Assembly: GCA_010093815.1 (NCBI GenBank)
Contig: ML996583.1
Strand: one strand, 5' to 3'
Source of the DNA: Pseudovirgaria hyperparasitica
Lineage: Eukaryota
Length of the DNA stretch: 64,000 nucleotides
Made by a program: the position numbers and the translations under genes. Positions 14,155 to 26,962 of the stretch are shown in pieces (position 1 is the first letter of the stretch; each line of letters opens with the position of its first letter). The notes under the pieces were generated by a model. That model was given only the letters and a program-made list of their open reading frames with translations. It was not told the origin of the DNA and did no database searches.

Positions 14155-16993
14155 GGGGTTGCTAGCGGCGATGAAGAGGAATAAATCCAGGAGGAATGTA
14201 AATCGAGAGGGTATTTTCGTCAGGTTTGCGAAGGGTGTGAAAGCTTACGGTTTAGTTGAATTGAAGGAGGGATGAGGAGAGTGTATGTTGGCAGTAGATG
14301 ATGAAGGGAAAGGCGGGATGGCAAAGGACAAAGCGAGCCGAATGGTGGAGGAGACATTGCGTAGTAGCCATGGACAGGTCACTCGGTCGTCAGTACGATG
14401 AGGTTGTTTGGTGTGCGATGAAGAGGGCGCCAAGAAGTCGCTGGAGATCGAAAGGCATCAGGAACATCCGCATCACTATAAGTTTCGACTAAATACCCAG
14501 AGTGGGCATAGTTTACATAGTTTACAGAGTTACATACATAAGCGCTGCATCGCCACGGAGCACAGTCCGGTCTAGACCTTCCCTTTACACCGTTGTCCAT
14601 CGTCGATCACTCTGGCGCACATGCACTCTGCTGCACTGTTGCTGCAGCCATTCCTACTAATATAATTATGCGATCAGCTCTTCTCCCTGCAGCTTTTAGA
14701 ACCCGTGGACCGGGGCCTATTCCATTCCGCCTATTCTTCTCTCGATTGTGGCTGCTGAGCTGATGAAGGCGAGTGGCTACCTTACCTCTGCGAAGGCGCA
14801 TCGCTCGATTGCTTCCGGCAGCTCTTCATTCCGGTGTGTTGAATGTTTTGATCAACATATGTTGATGAATGATGATAGCATTCCATCTACTGGTCTGACC
14901 TCTAGAGTGCTGTATAGTTACCCGGCTGGGTCTGTTTCACGTTCTGGCTCTCAACGTTCCTGGTGCAGATGGCCATGAAGACCGACTGAAATTGGCCTGA
15001 GCATAACATACTATTTCAACTTCTCTCTCATGTAAATACTTGAGCCTCGCTATGTACTATTACCAATATGAGCCTCTCCTCGACATTCGACGAGACAATG
15101 ATATCTTCACCTGCCAGGAATCGTGGCACAAGCATGCACTTGGACACCGACTTCCCTCTGAGTCTCTGACATGTCAAACATCTACCGTCAGCTCGTTCAC
15201 GATGCGATCGGCCGATGATTGGTCGATGGCTCGATGGCCGGTACCCTGGATCGAACGCAGTAAGACCATCACTCCACGAATCCATGCATCGCTCGATGAC
15301 AGCTCGCTAACAACAATCGCCCCGTTCTCCAATTAATACACACCCCAGATCGGGGCGGGAAGGGGAAATCTGTGACTGAGGCTGAGTATACTGTATACTG
15401 GTAGGTAGCCTTCCATGTGCCACTTCCGCACCCGCAATCGGAATCGACGTTTGGGCATGCGCCACACCTTACATCGACGATGGATCCAACCAGTATTCAT
15501 TTTCCATACCACAATCCACTACTCTACCATGTTGATATCATCCTTTAAGCTTGCGGGTATCATTCATGGCTCGTTCTATTATCTATCTACAAAGCACTGC
15601 CAGGTAGGAACTACGCTTCCTGAGCGGATCATCTCGATCATTCCATACTAACTATACCTAACAACTCCACTTCATCCACATTCACAGCCATAGCACCGCA
15701 TCACCGTCTCAATCTAGCATGTCCATCATGGACCAAGTCAAGTCATATAGCATTCCAATATCGAGCGTCGCGTAACGCTGCCGTGACACACCAACACCCA
15801 CACCCGCACATACACACAGGCAAGCATACAGACATACTCCTCGATCGTCTCCAAATTCACGATGCGCCCCCAGCCTGCGCCGTTTGTCCACGAGTTTCGT
15901 TCAGGCCCGTCCACAGCCTTCCCAGCCTAAAAGGCGTCATTGCTAGAATCCCCTGCCACCCCAAATCGACGATCGATCTCTCAAATGTTTCTATTTTGCA
16001 GTGCAAAGAATGCTGCTTGCCCGACACACTATGACACACAAACATATTGCGCTCGACTTCGACCATCGCCAAAATCGTTGAGTAGCGTGAGAATGAGCAT
16101 TAGAAACTCATTCATCTAAACCAAAATCAAATTTACTACCTATATCCCTTCCTTATATTCGCGAATGTGTGTACTTATGAAGCGCGTTTCTACTAACATG
16201 ACTAATCATCGAATATGACCTACATGTAGGTATGAATATAACATATGAATAGGAATCTCGTCAAGATGTGCCTCTCTACCGTTTGTCCAGCTTCCTTACT
16301 TTACTTTACTTTGTCTATTTCTTTATCTTCTGAGGAGATATCAGTTTGGGTTTATAGACACGTCTAGATTCCGTGCCCCCCCTTACCTCACGGCCAATAA
16401 AAGAAAAGTTAACTGAATTTATTCCGAGATCGTCCGTTCCGCATGCACATCTCATACTTTCAAGAGCACACACACATGCACGTTGTGGCTTAGTATTTCT
16501 TCTATACATTTGCAGCCTTATTACAAAAACTATAGTACAGCACAGTGCCGCTCATTCAATGCTATTGATGTACCGAAAGTTGCGTTCTCGAAATATACAA
16601 TTACAGTACAGCGTGCTGCAATTCTATGCCTACAGGAATGAGATTCAGAATCACAACTGCTGTTTCACATTGCACTGCCGGGCCGGGTGCGCTTCTCGGA
16701 CTGACATGCCAACATCTTCAATTCAATTTCGCTTAAAAAGCAGTAATGTATGATTTAGCTTAGAATACATGCCTTTGAAAACTCCTGGTGAACAGCTTGT
16801 TTTGTTCCAAGAGGAAAACTACCGCATCATGTCGATCCACCTTCACCAAAGGTAAGGAACTCGAGCGTCCCACTACTGCTTATACATCATCCCATCAATA
16901 CACATATTCATTCCCCAATGTTTCTAAGCCCCATGAACGTGAAGAAAGCGTGAGGACCGATAATTGACCACCTAGCTGACAGACCGCGAAAAG

Positions 16994-19560
16994 TCACCGT
17001 ACCCCCGGAATCCCAAACAATCCCCCAGCTTGCTGAAACTTCGTTTGGTATTCCCTCAAGTCAGCCCACGCTCTTAATTCACCCTCTTCGCCCGCTTGCC
17101 CTAGTCCTTCGCTCGAGCCTGGACTCGTCCGTTCGAGCCTCGATAGGATTTCGAGAAAACTCATGAGGTACGCGTCGGCTTGGAGGGCGATGGTGCCTTT
17201 TCGATTCTTCGGGACGTCAAGCAGCGTCGCCGCCACCTGGCGGATTTTGGATGTCTGCACGCAGATGCTCCGTTAGGGGCGCAATGCAAGCCGGGGAGAG
17301 TGGCACCAGAAAGCTAACGAAGAAATTGGCGGGTACACTTACGAAGCTGTCTCCGTTAGGCTCCATGTTCACCTGCGAAATACTGCCAAGCACAACGAGC
17401 AGGTCTTTGATGATTTGCTCGCGCTCCGTCGCCATTTCACTGTCCGTCACATCATACGTTGATGAAGTGTCATGCTGCTGCTGCTGTTGCTGCTGCTGCT
17501 GCAACACCGACTCAAGACCGGCGGATACGACGTCGGGGGACTTGTGCTCGTTCTTCTGCTTCTGCTGCATCTGCTCGCTAGCATCGCGCATGTTGAAATA
17601 TTTTTCGACAATGTAGGATCGCGTGCTCAGATGGCTCGCATAGACATTCGCTTTCTGAATCTCGTACTGCACTTTCCTTCGCTCTGCAGGATTCTGCTCC
17701 ACTTCGTAGGGGTTCGTAGGTTGTAGATTGCGAACGTTAGCGTACTCTGGCAATGGTGGGTAGTAGGAGTCATTCGACTGTCCGAATTGGCCTTCACTAG
17801 GCCAAACCTTTAATTCCGCAGGTATTCCGTCAAGAACAGCTTTGCAACTCTGTAAGCACGTCTCAAGCAATCGTTTCTGTCTGTCAAAATCGAAGATTTC
17901 ACCAATGCCATATGCCATCTCCATACTCGTCAAAGGGGAATAAGACGAATAAACTCTGCAATTGGCATTGAAACCTGCCATAAGTGGAGTCACGCCGTGA
18001 GGTTGGTCACCGACATGATGCGAGGTAATATATGCATCGTCTACCTCGGCTGGAAATGGTGGATAGGGTTCAGATGGCGTTGCTGGTGGGATTGTGACCT
18101 CGCCAAAGCTTGCTCCCGATTGCTGTAAAGTCCTACATCACGACGCGATTAGATTTTTGATAGAACCGCAATAACAGTACACATACTTCATGCCAACGAA
18201 ACAGGTCCAAAACAGACGCCTCGCAATCTGCTCAGTAATCTTGTCAGGGGGCGGCCCTTTCGAAGCTTCGTTAGGCCCATTGACGCTGCCAAGCATGCCC
18301 GGTACTCCTAAGCCAATGTCCATGAAGCTCGGTTCTTTGCCTGCGTGGTGTAGGCCCAGGGTCCGCATCATGTTGAGAGCCTCGCCAAAGAAGAGGCGGC
18401 ACTGGCGCCAGTTGAATGTATATGCGCCAGTGAGACAAAGGAAATAACTCGTGCAAGCATCGTACACACTCAGATCCTCGGGCTGCATCAAGTATCTAGT
18501 GCCTCTTGCGTCTGCACATACTTCAATGCAGCGATAGACCAGACTCATATGTGTAGGAAACAGCTTGTCTTTTCGTTGGGCTTTCAAATGCAGGCGGGGT
18601 TTGCGTGGGAAGGACGCAACGAGCGCTCCTATCATAGACGCTAGAAGAGCTAGAAATCTGGGGTTCTTCTGATCCTCGCGTTCAGACCACTGTCGTCGGA
18701 AGGTCGGCTCATGTGGAAAAGGGCATAGCGGGTGAATGTAGGTAAAAAAGTCATTAAGGAGCAATGTTATGGTGTCGTGTGAGCAAATCTGTTCTGCGCC
18801 GAGACCTGGATATGAAGAGAGAGCAGCAAGTGCTTGGACGGCTTGACCCGTCGGCGAAGAAGGCGATTCTGGTAGGATGCCTTGAGATTCTTCGAGTCGT
18901 CGTCTCTTGATGGCCTCGGCATGGCGATTAGGTGGTCCCCGTCGACGACTGGGTCGTTCAAACGTGCATGGTATGTCTAATTGAGAGCACGCGCGGCAAG
19001 GCGGGCCTGATTCGTCGCACTGAAGAACTCAGGGTCAGCAGTGTGCGTAGACAATATCCAGCGATGGAGTCTGTTGAAGGATTTGCATCCGTCATCGACT
19101 TCAAGCTTACCTTCACCTTTCGAATGCTACAGGAATCGCATGCTTTGCGCAGTCGATTCGATTTCTGGGGTGTCTGTCCGTCATTATGGTGCTGCTGATG
19201 TTGATGTTGCTGCTGCTCTTGGTGTAGATGTTGGTGTTGAGCTTGCTGCTGAGCTTGCTGGGCCGTCTGTTGTGCTTGAGCGGCTTGTTGCGCGGCTTGA
19301 GCGGCTTGCTGTTGCGAGTGCTCAGCAAGAGCAGCTATTGTTCTCTGCTCTATAGGAGAATTGTTGTTTGTGTGGTTCGATTGCAAGGACGGATCGGCGA
19401 GTGAAGGTTCGATGTCAGGATAGGTGTGTTGCTGATTTCTCGATGGATTGAATTGCAGTGGATCGGGCTTGACGTCCTCGACCATTTGCGCCGGGGGCGC
19501 AGGGTATATAGGCGTGTAATGGGCCTGATTGGGATTCGGAGGCTCTGGATATTGGGACAT
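16994..19560 (-). CDS. Zn(II)2Cys6 transcription factor with fungal-specific middle region; C-terminus resembles the ACE3-type family; 4 exons
   Basis: RLRKACDSCSIRKVK|CDESGPPCRACSQLDIPCTFERPSRRRGP; FFTYIHPLCPFPHEPTF; ARRLFW; QKANVYASHL; MEPNGDSF.SKIRQVAATLL...FLEILSRLE; poly-Q tracts. Confidence 0.92.
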
Positions 19561-20084
19561 CTTTGATGCCGAAAATTAACCAACGTGAAGCCGGATAACA
19601 GTCGTGGGACTTGGATTTTATTGCTGCTGAAGGTGCTGGTACGTGCGCGGGCGCCTTTTCCACAGATCGAGCACACCGGAACAGGAGATTGCGCGTCACA
19701 TTGAAGTGCAGCACTTAACAGGGATGGAGTAACTTCCGCAAGGTCAACAGTGAAAGAGATGGAGATGGTGCACTGGACTGTGTGACACAAAAGCTTTCGA
19801 ATATGATGGTTCGTGAAGGGACTCAACGCTCATTGGTTCACCAGCTACAAAGCTTGCTTGCTGCGTTCGTTACCCACTGGTGTAAAGATTCACGCACCCA
19901 AATTATCCTACAATTCCCATGACTCGAGTCGGATAGCATCACTGGTCCGTATGGTATATGGAGAACGCATCGTCATGAGGACTATTTTAGGAAATAAATC
20001 ACCAGGTTGTAGAGCCGAAGATACGACGTCATGGGTTATACAGATCCATATGTACTACGATCACGAGCCGGAAGTTCTACATCC

Positions 20085-21870
20085 TCAAATACTATCATCA
20101 CTTGGCAGCTCCTCACGAATCGGCGGTCTACAGCTTCTCGACAGCGAGAAATCCAGAATATCAGACCTCGACTCAACGAATTTCCTGAGACACCAAGACA
20201 CCTGAATCGCCGTGTATCTCTCGTTCCCAAGGAGATCAGGCTGTTTGCCTTTCGCAAAAATCATTTGATGCTTGCTGTCCTCCCGGTCATACACCTTGTC
20301 TGACGAGCCGAAAGCAATAACAGCCAGCCGCGACGAACGTTTGTTCTCTTCTGCATGCTTGATACTCTTCTCGAAGCCTTGCTGCGCCATGCCTTGCAGA
20401 AGATGCTCGTATATTTTCTGCGGTAACCGAGACGATGTTGATGAGCTAGTGGAGCTACTCGGCCATGTAGTGATATTTAGTGTGATTAAGCTTGGGATAT
20501 CACCAACAGCAGTCTTTGTGGATACATTAGCAGCAAAGAAGACGGATAACAAAAGACAGATTATAGCTCACCTCAAATGCAGAGAAATTTTCGGTATTTG
20601 ACCTGACCGCACACGTTGCAGGGAATGCGACCGATAATTGTTCAATAGCGGTGCAGGCCTTGCATATTTGCTCAAAGTGCTCGATCGAATAGACAATCTC
20701 ATCATCTTGACAGTCCATATCACCTTTGCCAGCATGGACGTTCAGCTGCTTTAACGTACTAGCATGCCTGACAATCCCAGCTGGCGCTGGTAGATCCTTC
20801 ACGTTCGCAATGTCCAGAGCGAGCGAACGAAGGCCAGAGGTTAGACATAGGAAGTTGTCTAATGTGCTCAATCCATCGTGCTCATTGTTGTCCTCGTGCT
20901 TGAATTCCAGAGTTTCCAGTCTCACTGGCAATTTGGAACTCTTACTTAATTCGGCAAAGAAGCATTCCGCACCGGGACAGAGAAACACCCTTAGCGACAT
21001 CACATTGGAGAACTCTATTATCTTCGTATACGTGTCTTGACAAAACTTCAAACTGACCTTCTGCAGTGTGAGTTCCCGGAGACTCATCGGAGTACATTTG
21101 TCAAAAGGCATCATATGGCTGAATATACTGCTCGTGATCAAGCCTGGTCCACCACTGGAGTCATTCAATTCACGGGGTGGAATCGGATCAGAAGCAAGGT
21201 CATCGAAGGAGGCGTGAAGCGTGATCTTCTCGATGTTCTTCGTCCGCGAAACCAGAAACTGGCAGTAATCGAGCACCGCTCTACTATCTGGGTAAAGACC
21301 CAGCTTCCGTACTTCTGAAAAGCACTCGTCGATCTGCGGCAGCTTCTCTAGTTCTGCAACCATAGGACGGTCCATAGCAATTGCTTCCATCCATTTCATC
21401 CGCCTTTGCTTCTTGTATAGGAGTAACAGATTCTCTCCCGAAAACAGCTCCCACGGATGCCATGAGAACTTCTCTAGTATGTTTTCAGGAAGGAATTCGA
21501 TAAGGAGACGTATTGTAAAGTTGGCTTGCTGAAGCTGATTGCACGGGTCCAAGACAGTGGCTAGGTAAAGGTCCACCTTTTTAATATGCTTGAGGCCAAT
21601 GTTGTTCGGACTCAGAAAGCTACTGAGTAGTATGTCCTGGGGCGAACCGATGTCTAATGTGACTTCATTATACAGCGGTCGCACTGCAATCTCATGCAAC
21701 TGTTTGCTTGTGAGACAAAGATTCTTGAGATCTGTTGGTCGCGTGACCTGTAGAGCCAATTGCGAGTCAGCTGGTCTGAAAGTAGTGGTATGTAGTATTT
21801 ATGCACTGACATGAGCTACTATGAGACTTTTGATCTCGACTGAGAGGCTCGCGAAATTCAGCGGAGCCAT
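20085..21870 (-). CDS. F-box domain protein with LRR-like body, 3 exons
   Basis: Spliced N-terminus MAPLNFASLSVEIKSLIVAH|VTRPTDLKNLCLTSKQLHEIAVRPLY fits an F-box; repeated LxxLxL segments downstream. Confidence 0.8.
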
Positions 21871-22980
21871 ATTTGATATGCGAAGCGGTAGGAATATGAT
21901 GGAATTCGTTTCAGTATCGTGCAAGATATGCTGTTGCTTTCTTGAAGTACGAGAATGTACGTAGATCGTCGCAGATCGAGAGCGCGAGTTTCAGGAATAT
22001 GACTGTGGAGTTGTAGAGTGAATTCTGGGACTATGACGGGCGACTGGGTCGGTAGCGGCCTGGGTGTATGCACAAAGATCTGTTAAGCGATGTGACTCCG
22101 CTTTGTGAAGACGTGCGTTGTAAATTTCGTGCTGTTGAGGGCAATTGAATGTATGAGCTTTCGAAGATCCGTCGAAGTTTTGATGCGCGCGCATTCATAT
22201 GCCACGGTATCGTAGGAAACTCAATGCCCAAGAGATTCAAGGTCCGGGTCAACCGTACAACGCAGGTCAAATGTGATCGCGGTATTCAATATGAAAATGC
22301 AAGCATGTACTGGCGCTTAGGATGTTGAGTACTACTTGCTGCCTGGGCACGGCTTCAGGACTTCGACTTCAGCCTCATTCTTTCCAGCTGCCGCTAGTAC
22401 AAACGTGTTAAGGGTGAAAGCAGCCTCGAGATGTGGTTTTCCGCCTCAGGCTGGTGGGTCTCGAAGTTTGGTAGGCTGTTGTGATGGTTGAACGTAAGTG
22501 GAGAGAAGGAAGACCAGCGCTGGTCTTGATGCATATCGACAGGTAGTAAGTATTATGTGGGGTTCGCAGCTAACCAGATCCGACAGAGGTACCATGGATG
22601 GGTACCGAACGGTCCGCGCCGTGACTCCGATCGCCTTGGGTTTGAGGTTGTGAAATGAGTGATTGTAGCTAGAACATCTCACGAAGTACTTTTACTCGAA
22701 GTTCAACGTCTAGCAATAACTATTTGGTACACCTGCACAGACTAAAGAGGCTGCAGAGCCATTGCGAAGGAAGTAGATCTTCGGCCGCCCAAATGCTTGA
22801 CCGTATGTGGCCCATTCATATGCATGCCCCGAGAAAACGCATCTGCCAAACGATCAACATCTCGTCACTTTCCCTCCGTAACTCCAATGCTGTAGACGCC
22901 ACGCTATGCCAGTATACCCGAAATATGCAAGTTCAGGACTGTGACTGTAGATGTACGATTCGAATAATCGTTCACCATCC

Positions 22981-25654
22981 TCAAGCCTCATCGTCGCTAC
23001 TCTCCAGACCTGCCATCATCTCGGCCTCCAACTCATCGTCGTCATCATCATCTTCTTCTTCTTCTTCCTCCTCCTCCTCCTCCTCCTCCTGTTCCTCTTC
23101 TTCTTCCACTTTCGTACCCCTTTTCGAGTTCTTAATCTCTTCGGGCCCCGTAGTGTCTGGGCTTGGTAATCCAGAAGACTTGTTGTCAGCTGCCATCACA
23201 TTGGTGAGACTGGTCACACGGTTCAATGCTCGCTTCTTCCGCTTCTGCAACTTGGATTTACTCGCGTTTGACGAATCACTGTCCTCTGCATCACTGGGCT
23301 CTGCTGATGACAAATCCTCCCTTCTCCTCTTTTTGCCGTTCGTCGAGGTTTTCTCGGAGACATCTGTGTCTGCGTTGGATTGTGTACTTTCACTGTCGCT
23401 GTCTCGATCAGTATCGTCGTCACCGGACTCATTCAAGAAGTCATCGAGGTCATCATGCATTGCCTCCCACTCGTTGTTGGTGAAGTCGAGATTCTCGTAT
23501 TCTGAATCTGCAGGAGTCGGCTCTTCAGCAGCGCCGTCGTCTTCAGCTGACAGAAAGTCACCATCATCCAGCTCTTCCAATGGTGAACTATCACCCCCTG
23601 GCCCGCGATAATTAGCCTCATCATCGACCGGGATCAAGTATGGAGTCTCGTCTGGTCTGATCCAGGTAGAAAACGCTTCCATCAGCCAGCCTGTAGTAAC
23701 AATCTTGATATGTGAATGCCTTGCTGCTTTTTTGACTTTGACTGTCTTGCGATGGGGAGTCGCTACGAGATGGGTCGTTCTCTTGTTTATGTCATATGAC
23801 ACAACCGCGCCAAAGCTCTTCGTCCAAAGGCCTACATCCGAGCTATGCACGATTAGACCCATTCCGACCGCGCAAACGAACCAGACTTACTGTTGAATAT
23901 CAATATTTTGTGGTACAATGCCTGAAAATACTATCCGGGTTCCCTTAAGAACCTCGCGTTTCTTTTCTGTCACCAGATCCTTGACATCCGGTATAAGACT
24001 ATCGTCATCTGCTGTGATTTTCCTCGAATCCTTTCCACCTTTGAGCTCGGCAACCCTGCCTCCTACTACACCGGCTGAATTCTTCTCGTATTCTTCGAAA
24101 AAGGCATCGTGAATCTCACGAAGGTGCCGCTCCAAGGACAGCAACTCTGTGTCGTCATCATGAAGGAGATGCCTGTGCTCATGTTGGATAGGGACATCTG
24201 CATCGCCATGCGCAGCCCTCTCTCGCTCGATTTTGTCTTGTTCTTCGTCGGCTTTCTCAAGTTCTAATTGCTTTTGTAGTAGAGGGCGCTCAGCAATTTG
24301 CTTTACAATCACGTCATCCTGGCTGCTAGTCTGCTCTTGTAGAAGATTTGGGTCATCTCGACTGCCTATTGTGATCAGTTGCTGCTCGATATCGGACATC
24401 TCCGTATCGCCGTCAGGTACTACTTCCGCGTCAGACACGGCGAGTTCAGAGGCTGCCAGGGATAAGTCTTTCTCAGCAACCGCTGTTGTCTGTTCAGTAT
24501 TCTCAGTGGCGTCTTTTACAGACGAACCTGCGGTTGGTGGCATTTCTTCTGCTTTTGGCAAAGCTTGGGTCTTTGGTAAAAAGCTAGAATTGATGTCGCC
24601 AACACCTACAAAAAAGTCATATGGTACAACTTTCAGTAGATGCTCACTCCAGCCCCATACATCCGCGCGATCATCGATGATAACGACCATTTTCGTTGAC
24701 ACAGGAAAAATGCGGGCCAAGCTTTTTCTGTCTAAGCTGCCGTTTTCATCTCGCGTAAGCACACGGTCACCGAATATCTTTCGATCTGGATCCACAATCT
24801 TCGCAACATTGTGCGCGTATGCCCTCGTACCCATTGTGTAGATATGAAGCTCGTATAACTTTGACATCTCTTCCAGAAATTTCTGCAAGCCCGGTCGCAT
24901 CTTGATGTAGTACCAGCAGCCGTTGCCTCCTGGACCATCGTCAATCAACTGGAAAGCTTGTACATCTTTGACGGCATCGTAATTGGGATTGTTTGGGTCT
25001 CGCTGCCACTCAGCCACGGTCGGATCGACAGTGGCATGAATGATTGTTTGATCAAGATCGACTACCATATTTAATTTTCTGCTTGTTAGCAGGCGGCGCT
25101 TATCATCCTGTTCCAATCTTCTGGCCTCCTGTTGACTAATTGTAAGGGCGGTGTGACCATGGACTTTCATGATTGGCGCACGTTCCGAGTCTCTGATGGA
25201 TGTGTTGTAGTCGATACTAACGGCCTAATGAGTAGCTGGAGAGTGATGAGTGAATGTACACTAACTCTGTCATGTCCTTCCCACAGTTGGCGCAAAGGCC
25301 GCCGAATTGAACTTCGTGTTGACATGGCTCATCTATCTCAACTAGAGCAACGCTGACTATGTTAGCTCAACGCGTTCATGAGGCTTAGACTTGTCTCATA
25401 TACCCAGCCTGCTGTATGATGTCACCCTTCTTTACTTTCCAGGCATTGATACTGCCATTTGTGGGAGCTTCAATGCGCGCAGGAAAAGTCTTGGTGACTA
25501 CGGCCTCATCGCCATACTTGTTTCCTTCGGTGACCTTGGAGGTATATGTGTAGGCAAGTATAGGAACAGACTTCTGCACTTCATCATTAGGGCGTTTGAG
25601 AAGATCCGTAACAGTGATAGGATAATGCAGGTCGGGAGAAGATCTGAGAAGCAT
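22981..25654 (-). CDS. FCP1: RNA polymerase II CTD phosphatase Fcp1, 4 exons
   Basis: CQHEVQFGGLCANCGKD; DLDQT (DxDxT) catalytic motif; YYIKMRPGL; MVVIIDDRADVW; BRCT domain (IVFSGIVP...TTHLVA...IVTTGWL); acidic tail. Confidence 0.96.
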
Positions 25655-25975
25655 TCCTATTGTTTACATGCTCTTGGAGCGCGTTCAGGGTACTTTCGTC
25701 TCTTATAGGCAGGTATACACCAGCGCTGAAGTATGTAAGCGGATATCGTGGTAAGGGACGCTTGCTATTGGCGCGACAGGTGTTGTGGCTGGTATGCAGA
25801 CGGCGACGCGCGAGGCAGGGGAGCAAGTATGGCTAATCCGAGGTCGCGAACAGTGATGCGCGTATAGTCCAATGCATGTAGAGCGGGAGCCACGTGTTTT
25901 GGAGTGTTGGTGACAGTGATGGTGCAGAGGTGTGAAGGTACAAGTGAAGTGACAAGTAGCGCAGTCGGACTAGGA

Positions 25976-26009
25976 ATTAGCTGTAAGATTAGCTGTATCC
26001 ATTAGCTGT
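25976..26009. repeat. Three direct copies of ATTAGCTGT upstream of FCP1
   Basis: Copies at 25976, 25988 and 26001. Confidence 0.85.
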
Positions 26010-26962
26010 CGCGGTTCGAGCTTTGGTTGCGCGAACCAAGGTTGAGAAAGGCACGCCCCACCACTTTATAGAGAGAGCAGCTCCTTTTAGCCTGAGGCAC
26101 CCAGTCTTGGGCTGACAGGAGTCATGGGCCCAAGCTTGGCTGCTACCTAGGTAGGTACCTTAGTCTGTTTGCAGTAATTAATTAGTTTTCACCTGGTCTT
26201 CACCACAACTACGACATGCCATCTATTAACAAGCTTTCCCTACTTCGAAGTGCTGATGCTGCTACCTGAGTTAAGCCGTTCAAATCTTTATATTTCGATC
26301 AGACAACACTTCCTAGTCCTGACTCTTAAGAGTGCTACGCTTGCTTGACCGTTGGCACTCCAACATCATGCCTTCCATCCCCATCCCCTTGCCGTAGCCC
26401 GCGATGGTGCATATAAAAATGCTCAATATACTTAGATGGGAGACATTGTACGCTCTCGCCTAGATCTCTGCTACATGTTGCGAGTCTAGAGTGAAGACCA
26501 TCTGGTGACCCTCAAGTTATCATCGGTGTCCACTGACCTGTCGTTGCATTAAGCTCGAGTGTTTCGTCCATGAGCACTGTCCACAACAAGACTAGCCTCT
26601 AAGCAGTAGTGGTAGGGGCACGGTGCCATCTTTATGGCCGACAGGCTATGATGCTCCTGAAGCAGATTGGTAGATGATACACTATCTATCAATACAAACC
26701 TGGCCACTCAAGTCGTAGAAGACTGCTTCATAGCACTGCTGCGAAGCTGTACACATACTACGTGGCCGTATTGGTGGAAGTGAAACCATATGCGATATGT
26801 TTTGGGATGACGTTCGTTGCCGTTGCCATCAACCAGGACCTAAGGATCTACCAGAATGTTGCCAATCGATAGCCTTCCATCGCACATACCAAGCATCCTC
26901 AGCCCAAGAAGGTATCTACGCGTTACATCCATATCAGCCTTCTCTCATGTGTACAGTCTGAT

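Noticed and set aside
22724..23611. 295-aa poly-Ser ORF on the plus strand
   Set aside because: Antisense shadow of the acidic FCP1 C-terminus.
26217..26940. Possible pseudogene fragment (faint F-box-like wording at its start)
   Set aside because: Stops in all frames and too little signal to support without a BLASTX search.
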